Shown here piece by piece: positions 28,880 to 39,171 of a stretch of 64,000 nucleotides of DNA. This DNA is from Bacteroidales bacterium (lineage in GTDB: Bacteria; Bacteroidota; Bacteroidia; Bacteroidales; UBA4417), in NCBI GenBank assembly GCA_963677975.1, contig OY782677.1, positions 710,774 through 774,773 on the forward strand, in the 5' to 3' direction. The notes below the pieces were generated by a model, which was not told the DNA's origin, searched no databases, and worked only from the letters and a program-made list of their open reading frames with translations. A program made the translations under genes and the position numbers. Numbering within the stretch: position 1 is the stretch's first letter; each line of letters begins with the position of its first letter.

Positions 28880-30517
28880 ATGTTAAAAGAAAACTATACG
28901 CGGTTTGTTTGGAACAGTATTGTTGAAAACTGGGACCTGACTGCTTTTACCAATTACGGATCGGCTAGTTATACCTATGGCGACGTAGGACGGACCATTT
29001 ATTATATTCAAAAACTTTTTGGCAAATTAGGAATTAAAAAAGGGGATAAGGTATCGCTGATCGGTAAAAACTGCGCCGAATGGGCCATGGCTTACCAGGC
29101 TATAGTTACGTATGGAGCTGTTGTTGTCCCGATTTTACCCAATTTCACACCAAACGATGTTCAGCATATTATTAATCATTCCGACAGTGTGATGTTGTTT
29201 GCCAACAAATCCAACTGGGATGTGCTGGATGAGGACAATATGCCTAAACTCAAGGCAGTGATCTCGCTCGACGATTTTTCGCCTCTTTATTCGCATGCAA
29301 AACATGCAGCCGATCACATCAACAAGTTTAAAGACCTCCTCTCAAAGGATTTCAGCAAGGAAAAACTGCCCACGCAGATTATCCCCAATACCGACCTGTT
29401 TGCAATTATTTATACCTCGGGAACCACGGGTTTTTCGAAAGGAGTAATGCTTACACATAATAATATTACAGGCAACATGGTGTATTCGCGTACCAATATG
29501 CCATTGATTTCGGGCGACCATATCCTGAGTTTCCTGCCCCTGGCCCATGCATATGGTTGTGCCATCGAGTTTCTTTACCCGTTTACCTGTGGTTGCCATG
29601 TAACCTTCCTGGGTAAAATGCCAACCCCGCAGTTGTTGCTTAAAGCTTTTGCCGAAATACGCCCAAGGCTTATCCTTTCGGTACCGTTGATTATTGAAAA
29701 GATTTTTAAGAAACAGATCAAACCGGTGCTTGAGCAAACCAAAGTCAAGTTCCTTATGAAAATTCCTTTCATGGACAGTGTGATCCTTGGAAAAATAAAG
29801 GCAAAACTCACCGACAGTTTCGGGGGCAATTTCCATGAAATAGTTATAGGTGGAGCGGCAATCAACGAGGAGGTACAGGAGGTTTTCCGGAAAGCCGGGT
29901 TTGCCTTTACAATCGGTTATGGAATGACCGAATGCGGGCCGCTGATCAGTTATGCAGGCTGGAGAGAAAACCGTTTCAATTCGGCCGGTCGCTGTGTCGA
30001 TCAGCTTGAGATGCGTATCGATTCGCCTGACCCTGAGAACGTAGTCGGGGAAATAATGGTGCGGGGCGAAAACGTGATGAAAGGGTATTATAAAAACGAA
30101 AAGGCAACACAGGAAATCCTCGATAAAGACGGTTGGCTGCACACCGGCGACCTTGGGACCATGGATTCGGATGGTTTTCTGTATATCAAAGGCCGGAGCA
30201 AAAGCATGATACTTGGGCCGTCGGGACAAAATATCTACCCCGAGGAAATTGAAGCCCGTATAAATGCATTCCCGCTTGTGCAGGAATCCATTGTGGTCGA
30301 CCGGAAGGAAGGCCTGGTAGCCCTGATCTATCCCGATATGGAAATGGTCGATGCAAAAAAAATGAAGGAACATTCGCTCGAAACCATCATGGCTGCCTAC
30401 TGCAGGCACCTCAATAAGGAGATTCCGAATTATATGCAGGTAGCGCGTTTCCAGATTGTTTCGAGTGAATTTGAGAAAACACCGAAACGAAGCATTAAAC
30501 GTTTCCTGTATACTTAA
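28880..30517 (+). CDS. Long-chain fatty-acid--CoA ligase (AMP-binding)
   Basis: IIYTSGTTGFSKGVMLTH, GYGMTE, GWLHTGDLG, IKGRSK...GQNIYPEEIE. Confidence 0.93.
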   Translation: MLKENYTRFVWNSIVENWDLTAFTNYGSASYTYGDVGRTIYYIQKLFGKLGIKKGDKVSLIGKNCAEWAMAYQAIVTYGAVVVPILPNFTPNDVQHIINHSDSVMLFANKSNWDVLDEDNMPKLKAVISLDDFSPLYSHAKHAADHINKFKDLLSKDFSKEKLPTQIIPNTDLFAIIYTSGTTGFSKGVMLTHNNITGNMVYSRTNMPLISGDHILSFLPLAHAYGCAIEFLYPFTCGCHVTFLGKMPTPQLLLKAFAEIRPRLILSVPLIIEKIFKKQIKPVLEQTKVKFLMKIPFMDSVILGKIKAKLTDSFGGNFHEIVIGGAAINEEVQEVFRKAGFAFTIGYGMTECGPLISYAGWRENRFNSAGRCVDQLEMRIDSPDPENVVGEIMVRGENVMKGYYKNEKATQEILDKDGWLHTGDLGTMDSDGFLYIKGRSKSMILGPSGQNIYPEEIEARINAFPLVQESIVVDRKEGLVALIYPDMEMVDAKKMKEHSLETIMAAYCRHLNKEIPNYMQVARFQIVSSEFEKTPKRSIKRFLYT

Positions 30518-30610
30518 TAAACAGAACAGTTCCCGGCACTGTATTTTAATGAAAAACTCAACTTTTCAGGTGTATATTTGCACCCTGAAAAATCTTCATT
30601 TCTTTCAATT

Positions 30611-32320
30611 ATGCGAAAACCAATACTTGTATATTTACTCCTTTTACTCACCCATCTGGCTATAAGCCAGGAGATAACGCTTAATGGCGGAGGCCAGCCT
30701 TCAGTTGAAACTGTAAATGCTTATCTAGCAGATTCTTCCACCTTTGTACCCACAATATTTACTTCATCGAACCTGCCTATAGTGTTAATTGACACCTATG
30801 GCCAAACCATCCCCGATAGCCCGAAAATACCAGCGGGCCTCAAAATAATCGATAATGGGCCCGGAGTCAGGAATAACCTAACTGATCCGCCTACTTTCGA
30901 TGGCTATTCGGGTATCGAAATCAGGGGCTCGAGTTCACAGATGTTTCCAAAGAAAAGTTATGGAATTGAATCCAGGGATAACCTCGGTGCTTCGCTCGAT
31001 GTATCCCTGCTTGGGATGCCTGCTGAAAATGATTGGATACTAAATGCCAATTATTCGGATAAGTCGTTGCTGCGCAATGTGCTGGCATATCAGGTTTGGC
31101 GGAACATGGGATATTATGCTACAAGGTATAAGTTTATTGAAGTGGTGCTCAACGGGCAGTATATTGGGGTATATATTTTTTCCGAAAAAATAAAACGCGA
31201 TAAAAACCGCCTGGATATAGCCAAACTCAACCCCGATCAAAATTCCGGCGATGTGCTTACAGGCGGTTATGTTTTTAAAATTGATAAAACTACGGGTTCG
31301 GGCGGACCGGGATGGACATCCACTTACCCGCCTTACACTCATCCTTACGGACAGACTATATTTTTCCAGTATGAGTATCCACAGCCGGAAGATATAACCT
31401 TACAGCAAAAAGGGTATATACAGAGTTATGTATATAATTTCGAAACTGCACTGAGCGGTTTCGGTTTTGCCGATACAGCAACCGGGTACCGGAAATATGC
31501 TGTCGAAAACACATTTATAGATTATTTCCTTGTGAACGAAATAAGTAAAAATGTGGATGGTTACCGTATTAGTACCTTTATAAACAAGGAAAGAGAAAGC
31601 AAGGGCGGGAAAATCCGTATGGGACCTGTATGGGATTACGATATCGCCTGGCATAATGCCAATTATTGCGGAGGAGATGGTACTACGGGTTGGGCTTACC
31701 AGTTTCCCTGCTCAAGTGATGGGTACCAGGTTCCCTTCTGGTGGGACCGCCTGCTCCAGGACCCGGCATACCGCAACCATTTGAAATGTCGCTGGCTAAC
31801 CCTCAGGCAAAATATACTGAGCGATGCCTGGTTCGATAATTATATCGACAGCATTTCAGGGCAACTGATGGAAGCACAGCAACGCAACTTTACTACATGG
31901 CCCATACTGGGAATATATGTCTGGCCAAACCCGGCGCCGTTTCCACCAACTTACGAAGCGGAGGTTGCTGCTTTGAAAAGCTGGATACATAACCGCTTGG
32001 CCTGGCTCGATATGTATATAACAGGAGTATGCGATTTCACCCCGGTTAAAGATAAGTCCGATGTTTCAGCTGATTTTCGCATTTATCCGAACCCTGTCGG
32101 CGATATGTTAAATGTCGGGTTTAAAGCAAATGCAAATTCATTTGTACGGATTGAATTGATCAACCAGATGGGATATACACTTTATACCTCAACAAAACAG
32201 GTAAGTTCGCCAACCGAGGTAAATGTGCCTATTGATATGTCATCGTATGCTCCGGGTGTGTACCTTGCCCGCCTGACGATTGATGGTAAATCCTCAAGTA
32301 AAAGGTTTATTAAAAACTAA
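30611..32320 (+). CDS. CotH kinase-family protein with type A T9SS C-terminal sorting domain
   Basis: IEIRGSSSQMFPKKSY, DWILNANYSDKSLLRN, GPVWDYDIAW, and CTD IYPNPV...PGVYLAR...KRFIKN. Start moved to ATG 30611 because the TATATTTG box is at 30573-30580. Confidence 0.9.
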   Translation: MRKPILVYLLLLLTHLAISQEITLNGGGQPSVETVNAYLADSSTFVPTIFTSSNLPIVLIDTYGQTIPDSPKIPAGLKIIDNGPGVRNNLTDPPTFDGYSGIEIRGSSSQMFPKKSYGIESRDNLGASLDVSLLGMPAENDWILNANYSDKSLLRNVLAYQVWRNMGYYATRYKFIEVVLNGQYIGVYIFSEKIKRDKNRLDIAKLNPDQNSGDVLTGGYVFKIDKTTGSGGPGWTSTYPPYTHPYGQTIFFQYEYPQPEDITLQQKGYIQSYVYNFETALSGFGFADTATGYRKYAVENTFIDYFLVNEISKNVDGYRISTFINKERESKGGKIRMGPVWDYDIAWHNANYCGGDGTTGWAYQFPCSSDGYQVPFWWDRLLQDPAYRNHLKCRWLTLRQNILSDAWFDNYIDSISGQLMEAQQRNFTTWPILGIYVWPNPAPFPPTYEAEVAALKSWIHNRLAWLDMYITGVCDFTPVKDKSDVSADFRIYPNPVGDMLNVGFKANANSFVRIELINQMGYTLYTSTKQVSSPTEVNVPIDMSSYAPGVYLARLTIDGKSSSKRFIKN

Positions 32321-32446
32321 GGATCTTCATAACGGTTAAACAGAAAGATCATGAAGTGAAAATTTTCCCACTTCTTCTTTCCCACCTCTCCAATCGTTTG
32401 TCACTAAAATAGCAATCAACCTATATAGCAAACAATTCCAAAAGCC

Positions 32447-32713
32447 ATGGAAAAGACCTACAAATTCTGCCAGAGCTGTGGCATGCCTTTGAAAAAAGAT
32501 GAAAAGGGCGGAGGCACCAATGCCGATGGCTCAAAAAGCCTGAAATTCTGCAGCCTTTGTTACCAGGATGGTAAATTTACCAGTCCCCAAATAACGACCG
32601 CAAAAGAAATGCAAATCCTTGTAAAAGGCAAAATGAAGGAAATGGGTATACCCGGTTTCCTGGCCGGTTTCTTTACCTATGGGATACCGAAACTGGAGAG
32701 GTGGCGGAGTTAA
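32447..32713 (+). CDS. Putative zinc-ribbon domain protein (Zn_ribbon_2)
   Basis: FCQSCGMPL...GTNADGS...FCSLCYQDGKF...IPKLERW. Confidence 0.88.
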   Translation: MEKTYKFCQSCGMPLKKDEKGGGTNADGSKSLKFCSLCYQDGKFTSPQITTAKEMQILVKGKMKEMGIPGFLAGFFTYGIPKLERWRS

Positions 32714-32716
32714 GTT

Positions 32717-32748
32717 GGACAAGGAGACACGGGGACAAGGAGAAGGGG
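32717..32748 (+). repeat. Degenerate 8-bp tandem array (GGACAAGG type)
   Basis: GGACAAGG AGACACGG GGACAAGG AGAAGGGG directly after the stop codon. The same unit occurs in reverse orientation at 61796-61827. Confidence 0.55.
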
Positions 32749-32837
32749 CTGAATTGATAAAGATTATTCCCGGTTTTGGGATAGGATGCTTATAGGATCT
32801 GTTAAATCTTCGGGTCATCACGCTTAACCACTAATTC

Positions 32838-34521
32838 GGGATATTCAGGAATGAATTAAAATATTGATTATCAACATTGTGTGTTGATAACTTTTATATG
32901 AAATTACCCCGAAAAAGGCCAAAAAGGTCTAAATTCGGGGTAATTTACTTTTATTAGGCATGATAAAGGTACAAAAAATCCACGGTTTTGCTGCAGAGTT
33001 CAACTTTCATTCTCCTCAGAGTGAATTTGATCGATATTGGCAGTCATTTTTGAGATCTGAACTTGGGAAAATCTATCAATCGATTCCCTGGAGGGATCTG
33101 ATCAGGGAGTTAAAGATCAGCGTGAGCCGCAAAGGACCAGATCGGAACTTCACGCCTCAAGGGATGCTGGCTCTGATGTTTTTAAAATCCTATGTTAGCT
33201 GTTCCGATCGTAAGCTGATTGAGTATCTGAATGGGAACCTTGATTTCCAGTTGTTTTGTGGGATTTTTCTTGGTACAAAGCGGATAACCAATTTTAAACT
33301 GGTGAGTGAAATTCGGTGTGAGTTATCAGCTAAATTGAGGGTAAAAAGATGTCAAAAGATATTGGCAGCTTACTGGAAGCCTTATATGCGCCACCCCAAT
33401 ATCATGCTGACCGATGCCACATGTTATGAGACATCGATGCGTTACCCTACCAACGTGAAGTTATTGTGGGAGAGTGTTGATTGGAGTTATGGACAAATGA
33501 TGCATCTATGCAAATCCCTCAAGATACGGGTCCCACGTAATAAGTACCTGGAGCAGAGGACAAAATACATGAACTACAGCCGAAGGCGAAAGAAATCACA
33601 TAAAGAGACAAATGTTCGCATACGCAGTTTGCTTTACTTGTTGGACAAGTTGCTGGGACTGCTAAAAGAGATAGAGCAAACTAACCAGGAACGGTTAGAC
33701 ATGCCAAAGAAATATTACCGGCAAATGAGGCTTGTTAAGACCATACTCAACCAACAACAACAGATATTTGAGTCCGGTCAAAGTGTGCCGGACCGGATTG
33801 TGAGTCTATCCAAATCCTATATCCGGCCCATTGTAAGAGGCAAAGAAGTCAAAAGCGTCGAGTTTGGAGCCAAAGTAAACATGATCCAGTTTGATGGGAT
33901 CAATTTCATTGAGCATCTGAGTTTTAATGCATTCCACGAAGGAATACGGCTCAAACAATCTGTTCGCTATGGCAGAGATCTGGTGGGTAAGATCACCCAT
34001 GTAGCGGGGGATGACATTTATGCCACCAATGCCAATCGGACCTGGTGTTCCAAACAGCAAATTTACCATGGGTTTAAAAGAAAGGGACGGGCCGGAAAAT
34101 ATGAAGATCAGCGCATGCTAATGGCTACCGTACTTCGCAAAGCGCGGGCTACCCGAATGGAAGGGAGCTTTGGAACCGAAAAAGAATATTATGGCCTTCA
34201 AAGAATCAAGGCCAGGACCTTGAAAAATGAAATACTCTGGATCTTCTTTGGTATTCATACAGCCAATGCTGTCAGAATCGCTAAACGATCAGCAGCCGAA
34301 AAGAAAATCCCTAAAGTAGCGTAACGAAAATATCAACTGATATTCCCTGATAATCAATACATCAGGCGAATTATTATGCCTTAAGCCCGTAAAATTACAG
34401 GGTTATCAACATAAATTCCCCGAAAATCAACAGCAAGACATCCGATCACAAAGAAAATGGGCAAATACCCTCATTCGGATATTACCCTTTTTATAATTTT
34501 TGCCTTATTCCTGAATATCCC
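32838..34521 (+). mobile_element. Complete IS5-family-like insertion sequence (1684 bp)
   Basis: Perfect 15-bp inverted repeats GGGATATTCAGGAAT (32838) and ATTCCTGAATATCCC (34507-34521). Target duplication TAATTC at 32832-32837 and 34522-34527. Confidence 0.93.
32960..34324 (+). CDS. DDE transposase (IS5-family-like)
   Basis: LMFLKSY..CSDRKLIE (DUF772-like), DATCYETSMRYPTN, RIVS...IRPIVRGKE.K.VEFGAK, GDDIY, MEGSFG.EK. Confidence 0.92.
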   Translation: MIKVQKIHGFAAEFNFHSPQSEFDRYWQSFLRSELGKIYQSIPWRDLIRELKISVSRKGPDRNFTPQGMLALMFLKSYVSCSDRKLIEYLNGNLDFQLFCGIFLGTKRITNFKLVSEIRCELSAKLRVKRCQKILAAYWKPYMRHPNIMLTDATCYETSMRYPTNVKLLWESVDWSYGQMMHLCKSLKIRVPRNKYLEQRTKYMNYSRRRKKSHKETNVRIRSLLYLLDKLLGLLKEIEQTNQERLDMPKKYYRQMRLVKTILNQQQQIFESGQSVPDRIVSLSKSYIRPIVRGKEVKSVEFGAKVNMIQFDGINFIEHLSFNAFHEGIRLKQSVRYGRDLVGKITHVAGDDIYATNANRTWCSKQQIYHGFKRKGRAGKYEDQRMLMATVLRKARATRMEGSFGTEKEYYGLQRIKARTLKNEILWIFFGIHTANAVRIAKRSAAEKKIPKVA

Positions 34522-34537
34522 TAATTCCTGAAAACTG

Positions 34538-34573
34538 AAAAGGACTAATCCGCTTATCGGGTTAGTCCTTTTT
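34538..34573. terminator. Rho-independent terminator, probably bidirectional
   Basis: AAAAGGACTAATCCG-N5-CGGGTTAGTCCTTTTT, just downstream of the minus-strand gene ending at 34592. Confidence 0.8.
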
Positions 34574-34591
34574 AGCTTTTAACAAGCAAGA

Positions 34592-36643
34592 TTATTTTAT
34601 CACCTTAAGCGCTTCGTCCACGGCTTTCAGCATAGGTTCGATGGCAATCGGGTTGCCGACGGCACCCTGCATCCATGCCTGTGGTGTGAGGCGGCCGAGG
34701 GTATACATGCGGTCCACTTCGGAGGCAAAATTCTTTCCTTTTACAAATCCGTCAACCTGGAAATCGATCAGGTGACCTACCGGGTAATTAGGCAGGTACA
34801 ATGGATTATCAATCATGTGCGAATAAATGGCAAGTATAGGTTCGTCCTTGCTACCCAGTACAGGAGCATAATAATTGTTCCAGACTTCTTTGGCCATTGT
34901 GATAACGGCTTCTTTCAACTGGGCGGGAGTTGCATCGGGATTGGCATACATCCATTTCCACACCTTCATATCGAGTAATGAAACACCCATAATCTCGTAA
35001 CACGACCATACAGCATCGAGTGATGCCAGGTTTTCCTTATCCGGGTTGTTATCGTTGATTCCCAACAGGAAAAGATCGCGTTTCTGGAACAGGAATGCAA
35101 GGGCTTCGGTAAACGAAGTGTTCGGCACTCCCTGAAGCATGTAATAATCAATATCATACAGGTCGACAGTTTGTTCCACATTGTGGCCAAACTCGTGCAC
35201 GGCAATGTTGTATCCTTTATAGTTCATTCCTTTCTCGGCAATGCGGGTGCGCAGGCGGGCTTTGTCGCCTTTAAGAAGTGCGCCTGCGGCATGACCTGAG
35301 CCGCGGGCCGGGTCAACCTGGACTTTCGATGCTATGTATGAAGCTCTTTCAGCACTCCAGCCCAGTTTCTTCAGCATATTTGGCATATCCTTTTCGAAGG
35401 CTACGGGTGTGGGATACAATTTCTGCGTTTTAGCGGTAAGATCATCTTCATTGAGGCCGCTGCGTGCCTTAAACCCGTCGTACCATATATCGAAAGGCTC
35501 GAGGTTGCGCCCCAGGCGTTTTTTTATCAGTTCAGCTACTTGCTTGATTTCGGGCGATGTGATTAAGGATGTAAAAAGTTTTTCAACATCCTGCTCGGGA
35601 ATTTCCATGCTCTGCTCGAAAGCGCGCTGGCTATATGTGGGAAGTGCGGGGTAATAGGCATCGGTAGCATGAATTGCTTTGAAATTGTTGAGCAGCATTT
35701 CGTAGCGACGGTCGGGTTCCGGAGTAAAAGTAACGTCCTTACCATCTTTTATAACTTTATTATCAGCAGGATTCCACTGGTAAGCCGCATTGTTGATCAC
35801 CATTTCGGGGATGCTCTGATCTATAATCCGCTTCATGACCGAATAAACCATTTTTTGTTTGTCAAGCCCGTCGGCCTGGCCATAATGCGATTTCAGTTCG
35901 TCGCGCAGTCCCCAGTGGGTGATGAGTTTCATGCCTTCGGGGAAATACGTTTTGCCCGAAGCATCCACCAGTTTGTCCATCATGATGTTATACTCCGAAA
36001 TATACAAATCGGCTTTTGTAAGCGCCTCGTTTACCTGCTGGTTAAGTACAGCCGGTACACGCGAAGTGAAAGCGTCGCCCATGCGTGCATATGCCCAGTC
36101 GCGCCGCGACCATTTCGAACCCAATTCCGTTTTTTCTGACAAGGAATAGAACGGGAAGTTGAGTATGGTTACGAATGCAATTTTATTGGCAAACAGGTCA
36201 TCCGTTAAGTGCGAGGAGGGTGAATACGAAGCAAACATCTCGTCGATAGGTGTAAGTTCATCGCCACTCAGGTCGACCGGAACGCGCAGGTCCATACCCA
36301 TTTTATTAAAATTGCCGTACAAAATCTCGTTGCTGCGTTGCAGTTTCTTAAATAACACATCGAGTTTTGCCGTATCGGCAATAAAATTACCCAGGCAAAA
36401 GGTTGTAAAGGCATCCTGGTCGCCATCCTGTTTTTCCCATAATGAGGCGGCTTGTTTCACGCCCCGCTCAATACGAGGTTTTGCGGTTTCACCAAGGGAA
36501 TCGCCTAATTTTTTCACCACTTTATCGATGGTAGCCTGGCTGATAAAAGCTGATTTTGTTTCCATACCTGTTCCTGAAGGTTTGTTGCATCCTGCTGCCA
36601 GCATAATGACCGGCAAGGCCAGGAAGAGTAATGCTTTTCTCAT
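34592..36643 (-). CDS. Conserved lipoprotein with HExxH zinc-metallopeptidase-like motif
   Basis: Lipobox LAAGC, AVHEFGHNVEQ and a downstream SFTEALAF (third-ligand Glu pattern of gluzincins). Confidence 0.7.
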   Translation of the reverse strand: MRKALLFLALPVIMLAAGCNKPSGTGMETKSAFISQATIDKVVKKLGDSLGETAKPRIERGVKQAASLWEKQDGDQDAFTTFCLGNFIADTAKLDVLFKKLQRSNEILYGNFNKMGMDLRVPVDLSGDELTPIDEMFASYSPSSHLTDDLFANKIAFVTILNFPFYSLSEKTELGSKWSRRDWAYARMGDAFTSRVPAVLNQQVNEALTKADLYISEYNIMMDKLVDASGKTYFPEGMKLITHWGLRDELKSHYGQADGLDKQKMVYSVMKRIIDQSIPEMVINNAAYQWNPADNKVIKDGKDVTFTPEPDRRYEMLLNNFKAIHATDAYYPALPTYSQRAFEQSMEIPEQDVEKLFTSLITSPEIKQVAELIKKRLGRNLEPFDIWYDGFKARSGLNEDDLTAKTQKLYPTPVAFEKDMPNMLKKLGWSAERASYIASKVQVDPARGSGHAAGALLKGDKARLRTRIAEKGMNYKGYNIAVHEFGHNVEQTVDLYDIDYYMLQGVPNTSFTEALAFLFQKRDLFLLGINDNNPDKENLASLDAVWSCYEIMGVSLLDMKVWKWMYANPDATPAQLKEAVITMAKEVWNNYYAPVLGSKDEPILAIYSHMIDNPLYLPNYPVGHLIDFQVDGFVKGKNFASEVDRMYTLGRLTPQAWMQGAVGNPIAIEPMLKAVDEALKVIK

Positions 36644-36744
36644 TTTTAAAAGATTTTAAGGACTGAATACTGGGTCAAAGATAGATTGAATTTTCCTGCC
36701 AATTCCGGCTGGTATACAATAATTTATCTTCTGTAAATTTTAGT

Positions 36745-37290
36745 CTAGTAGTGATTATACTGAACGATCTCATCCAGTGATTTCCTGATTTTGGTGCGCA
36801 ACGGATATCCCTCAACCGCATAACCCACACTTATTACCAATCCAACCGTTTTGTCGGAGGGTATATGGAGCAGTTTCCTGATTTTGTCTTCTTCGAACCA
36901 CCCTATCATACAGGTACCAAGCCCGAGTTCGGTTGCCTTTAGGCAGAAATGACTGGCTGTAATGCCAATATCTATCAAAGGCCATTCCTTTTTCTTAACC
37001 ATCATGGCAAGCCTTGTGATCAGTTTAGCCTTTTCGAGGACAATGATAATGAGCACCGGTGCCTGCAGGGTGAATTTGTTGATGAGTTTTATATCGCTGA
37101 AAGTTGCCTGGGCCAATTCGGTTCGCAGCGGTTCCTGGTCGACAACAATATATTTCCAGGGCTGGGAATTGCTGGCTGAGGGAGCCATGCGGGCCGCCTC
37201 GAGGCATTGGCCTAATTTATCGGGTTCAACCGGAGTATCTGCATAACGGCGCACGCTCTGGCGGGTAAGTATCAGTTTGTTTAAATCCAT
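36745..37290 (-). CDS. Nitroreductase family protein
   Basis: RQSVRRY, ARMAPSASNSQPW, DIGI...LKATELGLGTCMIG. The likely start is ATG 37290. Confidence 0.93.
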   Translation of the reverse strand: MDLNKLILTRQSVRRYADTPVEPDKLGQCLEAARMAPSASNSQPWKYIVVDQEPLRTELAQATFSDIKLINKFTLQAPVLIIIVLEKAKLITRLAMMVKKKEWPLIDIGITASHFCLKATELGLGTCMIGWFEEDKIRKLLHIPSDKTVGLVISVGYAVEGYPLRTKIRKSLDEIVQYNHY

Positions 37291-37495
37291 AAAGAGTAAA
37301 GGAGTTGAGGTTGCAAATATCAGGTACATAATCGGATAATAAAATATTCAATGATGTTTGGCCTGAAAACAGGTCGAGGGATGCTATTATTCATGGTATA
37401 ATTGTAGCCGAACTTTCCTGATCCAGGTAGCCTGACACTCGTATCATTATGAAAAGAGATCTGTTTGGTACTTTATATGCTTTATTAGAGGGAAC

Positions 37496-37534
37496 AAAAA
37501 AATCCGGAACACAACTTGATGTCCGGATTTTTTT
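37496..37534 (-). terminator. Rho-independent terminator
   Basis: AAAAAAATCCGGA-N13-TCCGGATTTTTTT just past the stop at 37556. Confidence 0.75.
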
Positions 37535-37555
37535 GCAAGTATCATTCATTAAAAC

Positions 37556-38233
37556 TTATTCTGTTTTCCTTCGCATGGAAGAACTTATTAATTCTACTTG
37601 CTCTACCGGCGCACTTTTCCCCTGTAGGCTTGATACAACCGGGGAAACAGCATCGGAATCATAAAATATCCGGCCGGTTTCATTTTTGATATATGTATTA
37701 TGCGGATTGCCATGATTATCCAGCATGAAAACAGCCTCATTGAGCCCATTTATCCCTTCTGTACTTATAGTTCCGGAAATAATTGAAATAATTTCAGCCG
37801 AATCACCTGAGCTATCATAGTCACGAGCTATAATAAATAAGGAAAAATCGTTTCCGTTACCTGAAAGGAAACCGCCAACACCTGTTCCCCTACTAAGACC
37901 CTGTAAATAATCGAATTTGATAGTGAGTTTTGAGTTGTCCTGGTCATATAGCTGAAACTTGTAGTCAGCAAATACATGGCCATTGGCATAATCGTTCGGC
38001 ACATTAGATGCTTTAAGTGTTAATGGTGTAGCTTTGTAAATATTTGTCAATACAGGCGGGTTTTTGCCTTTATTTATAGGCATTCCTAAGGCTATTATTT
38101 TGTTAAGCGTCGAGTCGGGGACAATATTTTTTATATCATCGCTCAGGTTAAGAGGCTCATCTTTTTTACACGAAGAGAAGAGTAAGGAGAAAGCGGCAAT
38201 AACAATCAATGGAGCAATCAGAATAGTTCTCAT
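37556..38233 (-). CDS. Hypothetical lipoprotein
   Basis: Lipobox FSSC-KKD. GMPINKG.NPP and GRIFYDSD motifs. 225 aa. Confidence 0.75.
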   Translation of the reverse strand: MRTILIAPLIVIAAFSLLFSSCKKDEPLNLSDDIKNIVPDSTLNKIIALGMPINKGKNPPVLTNIYKATPLTLKASNVPNDYANGHVFADYKFQLYDQDNSKLTIKFDYLQGLSRGTGVGGFLSGNGNDFSLFIIARDYDSSGDSAEIISIISGTISTEGINGLNEAVFMLDNHGNPHNTYIKNETGRIFYDSDAVSPVVSSLQGKSAPVEQVELISSSMRRKTE

Positions 38234-38524
38234 ATAGAATAGGGGTTTAAGATTTATGTAAACAACTCCTTTTGGGATATTTTGTTCGAACCCCCTTCTT
38301 AAAAACCCAATTTACTATTGCAGAACAAATCTGATACTGTTATATTTATAAATTAACCATACATCACCTTATCTGCTGAATAAGAATGTTCATATTCTGT
38401 GAGATACGTTGAGTTTTATACCCGGATAATTTTCTGGTAAGACAGGTTTTTATACGGCCAAATTATCTTTCCGCTATATCGTTCACTTTAACTTCTTTAT
38501 CGTTAAGATGCAAGTATTTCATTT

Positions 38525-39169
38525 TCAGAAATAAAACCCCAGCCTGAAGCCTCCGTCGAGTAAAGTACCCGAATACCCGTAATCGATCCAAAAATTGTTG
38601 TACCAGGTATCGAAACCCTCGTTACGGTTATTATGGCTTATGCGTATTCCGGCACCGGCATACAAATCAATATAAACCTTATCACCGATCAGCCACTGGT
38701 GCCCCAGGTGAAAATTTCCGCCGAATTTGTAAAGTTTCGTATTTATTTCTCCTTCTTTAACTGTGAAATATTCTGTTCCATCTTCAATATAGGAAGTGCT
38801 GTATGTGCGTGTATCGGTTATCGAAAAATACTGGAACATAGCTCCGTACTCAACATAGTACCCGCTGGGTTTCATGCTTTGAGGCTTCAGGAAAACCCTG
38901 TGTTTCAGGTCGAGGCCAAAACCAGTAAGGTTTTTAAATTCATGATCGTACCTCCAGCCACTAACTACAAATACCTGGGGCGATACAATCAGCCACTGGT
39001 TCGAGGATTTCGAAATGCTCAGGTCGATATCGAACCGTAATCCGCCCGAAATGGTGTATTGCGGAACAAAACCGACACCTGTGCGCAAACTATACGCCTC
39101 TATATCCTGAGTAAAACCCGCTGATGAAATTAATGCCGACAGTATAAGGATGCCAATTATTTGTTTCAT
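38525..39169 (-). CDS. Outer-membrane beta-barrel protein
   Basis: Signal peptide, amphipathic strands, IDLYAGAGIR and a C-terminal GFRLGFYF (BAM-type terminal Phe). Confidence 0.75.
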   Translation of the reverse strand: MKQIIGILILSALISSAGFTQDIEAYSLRTGVGFVPQYTISGGLRFDIDLSISKSSNQWLIVSPQVFVVSGWRYDHEFKNLTGFGLDLKHRVFLKPQSMKPSGYYVEYGAMFQYFSITDTRTYSTSYIEDGTEYFTVKEGEINTKLYKFGGNFHLGHQWLIGDKVYIDLYAGAGIRISHNNRNEGFDTWYNNFWIDYGYSGTLLDGGFRLGFYF

Positions 39170-39171
39170 AA

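Noticed and set aside
29342-30409. 355-aa minus-strand ORF
   Set aside because: It lies entirely antisense to the acyl-CoA ligase and has no recognisable motifs. It is a shadow ORF, like most short overlapping ORFs in the track.
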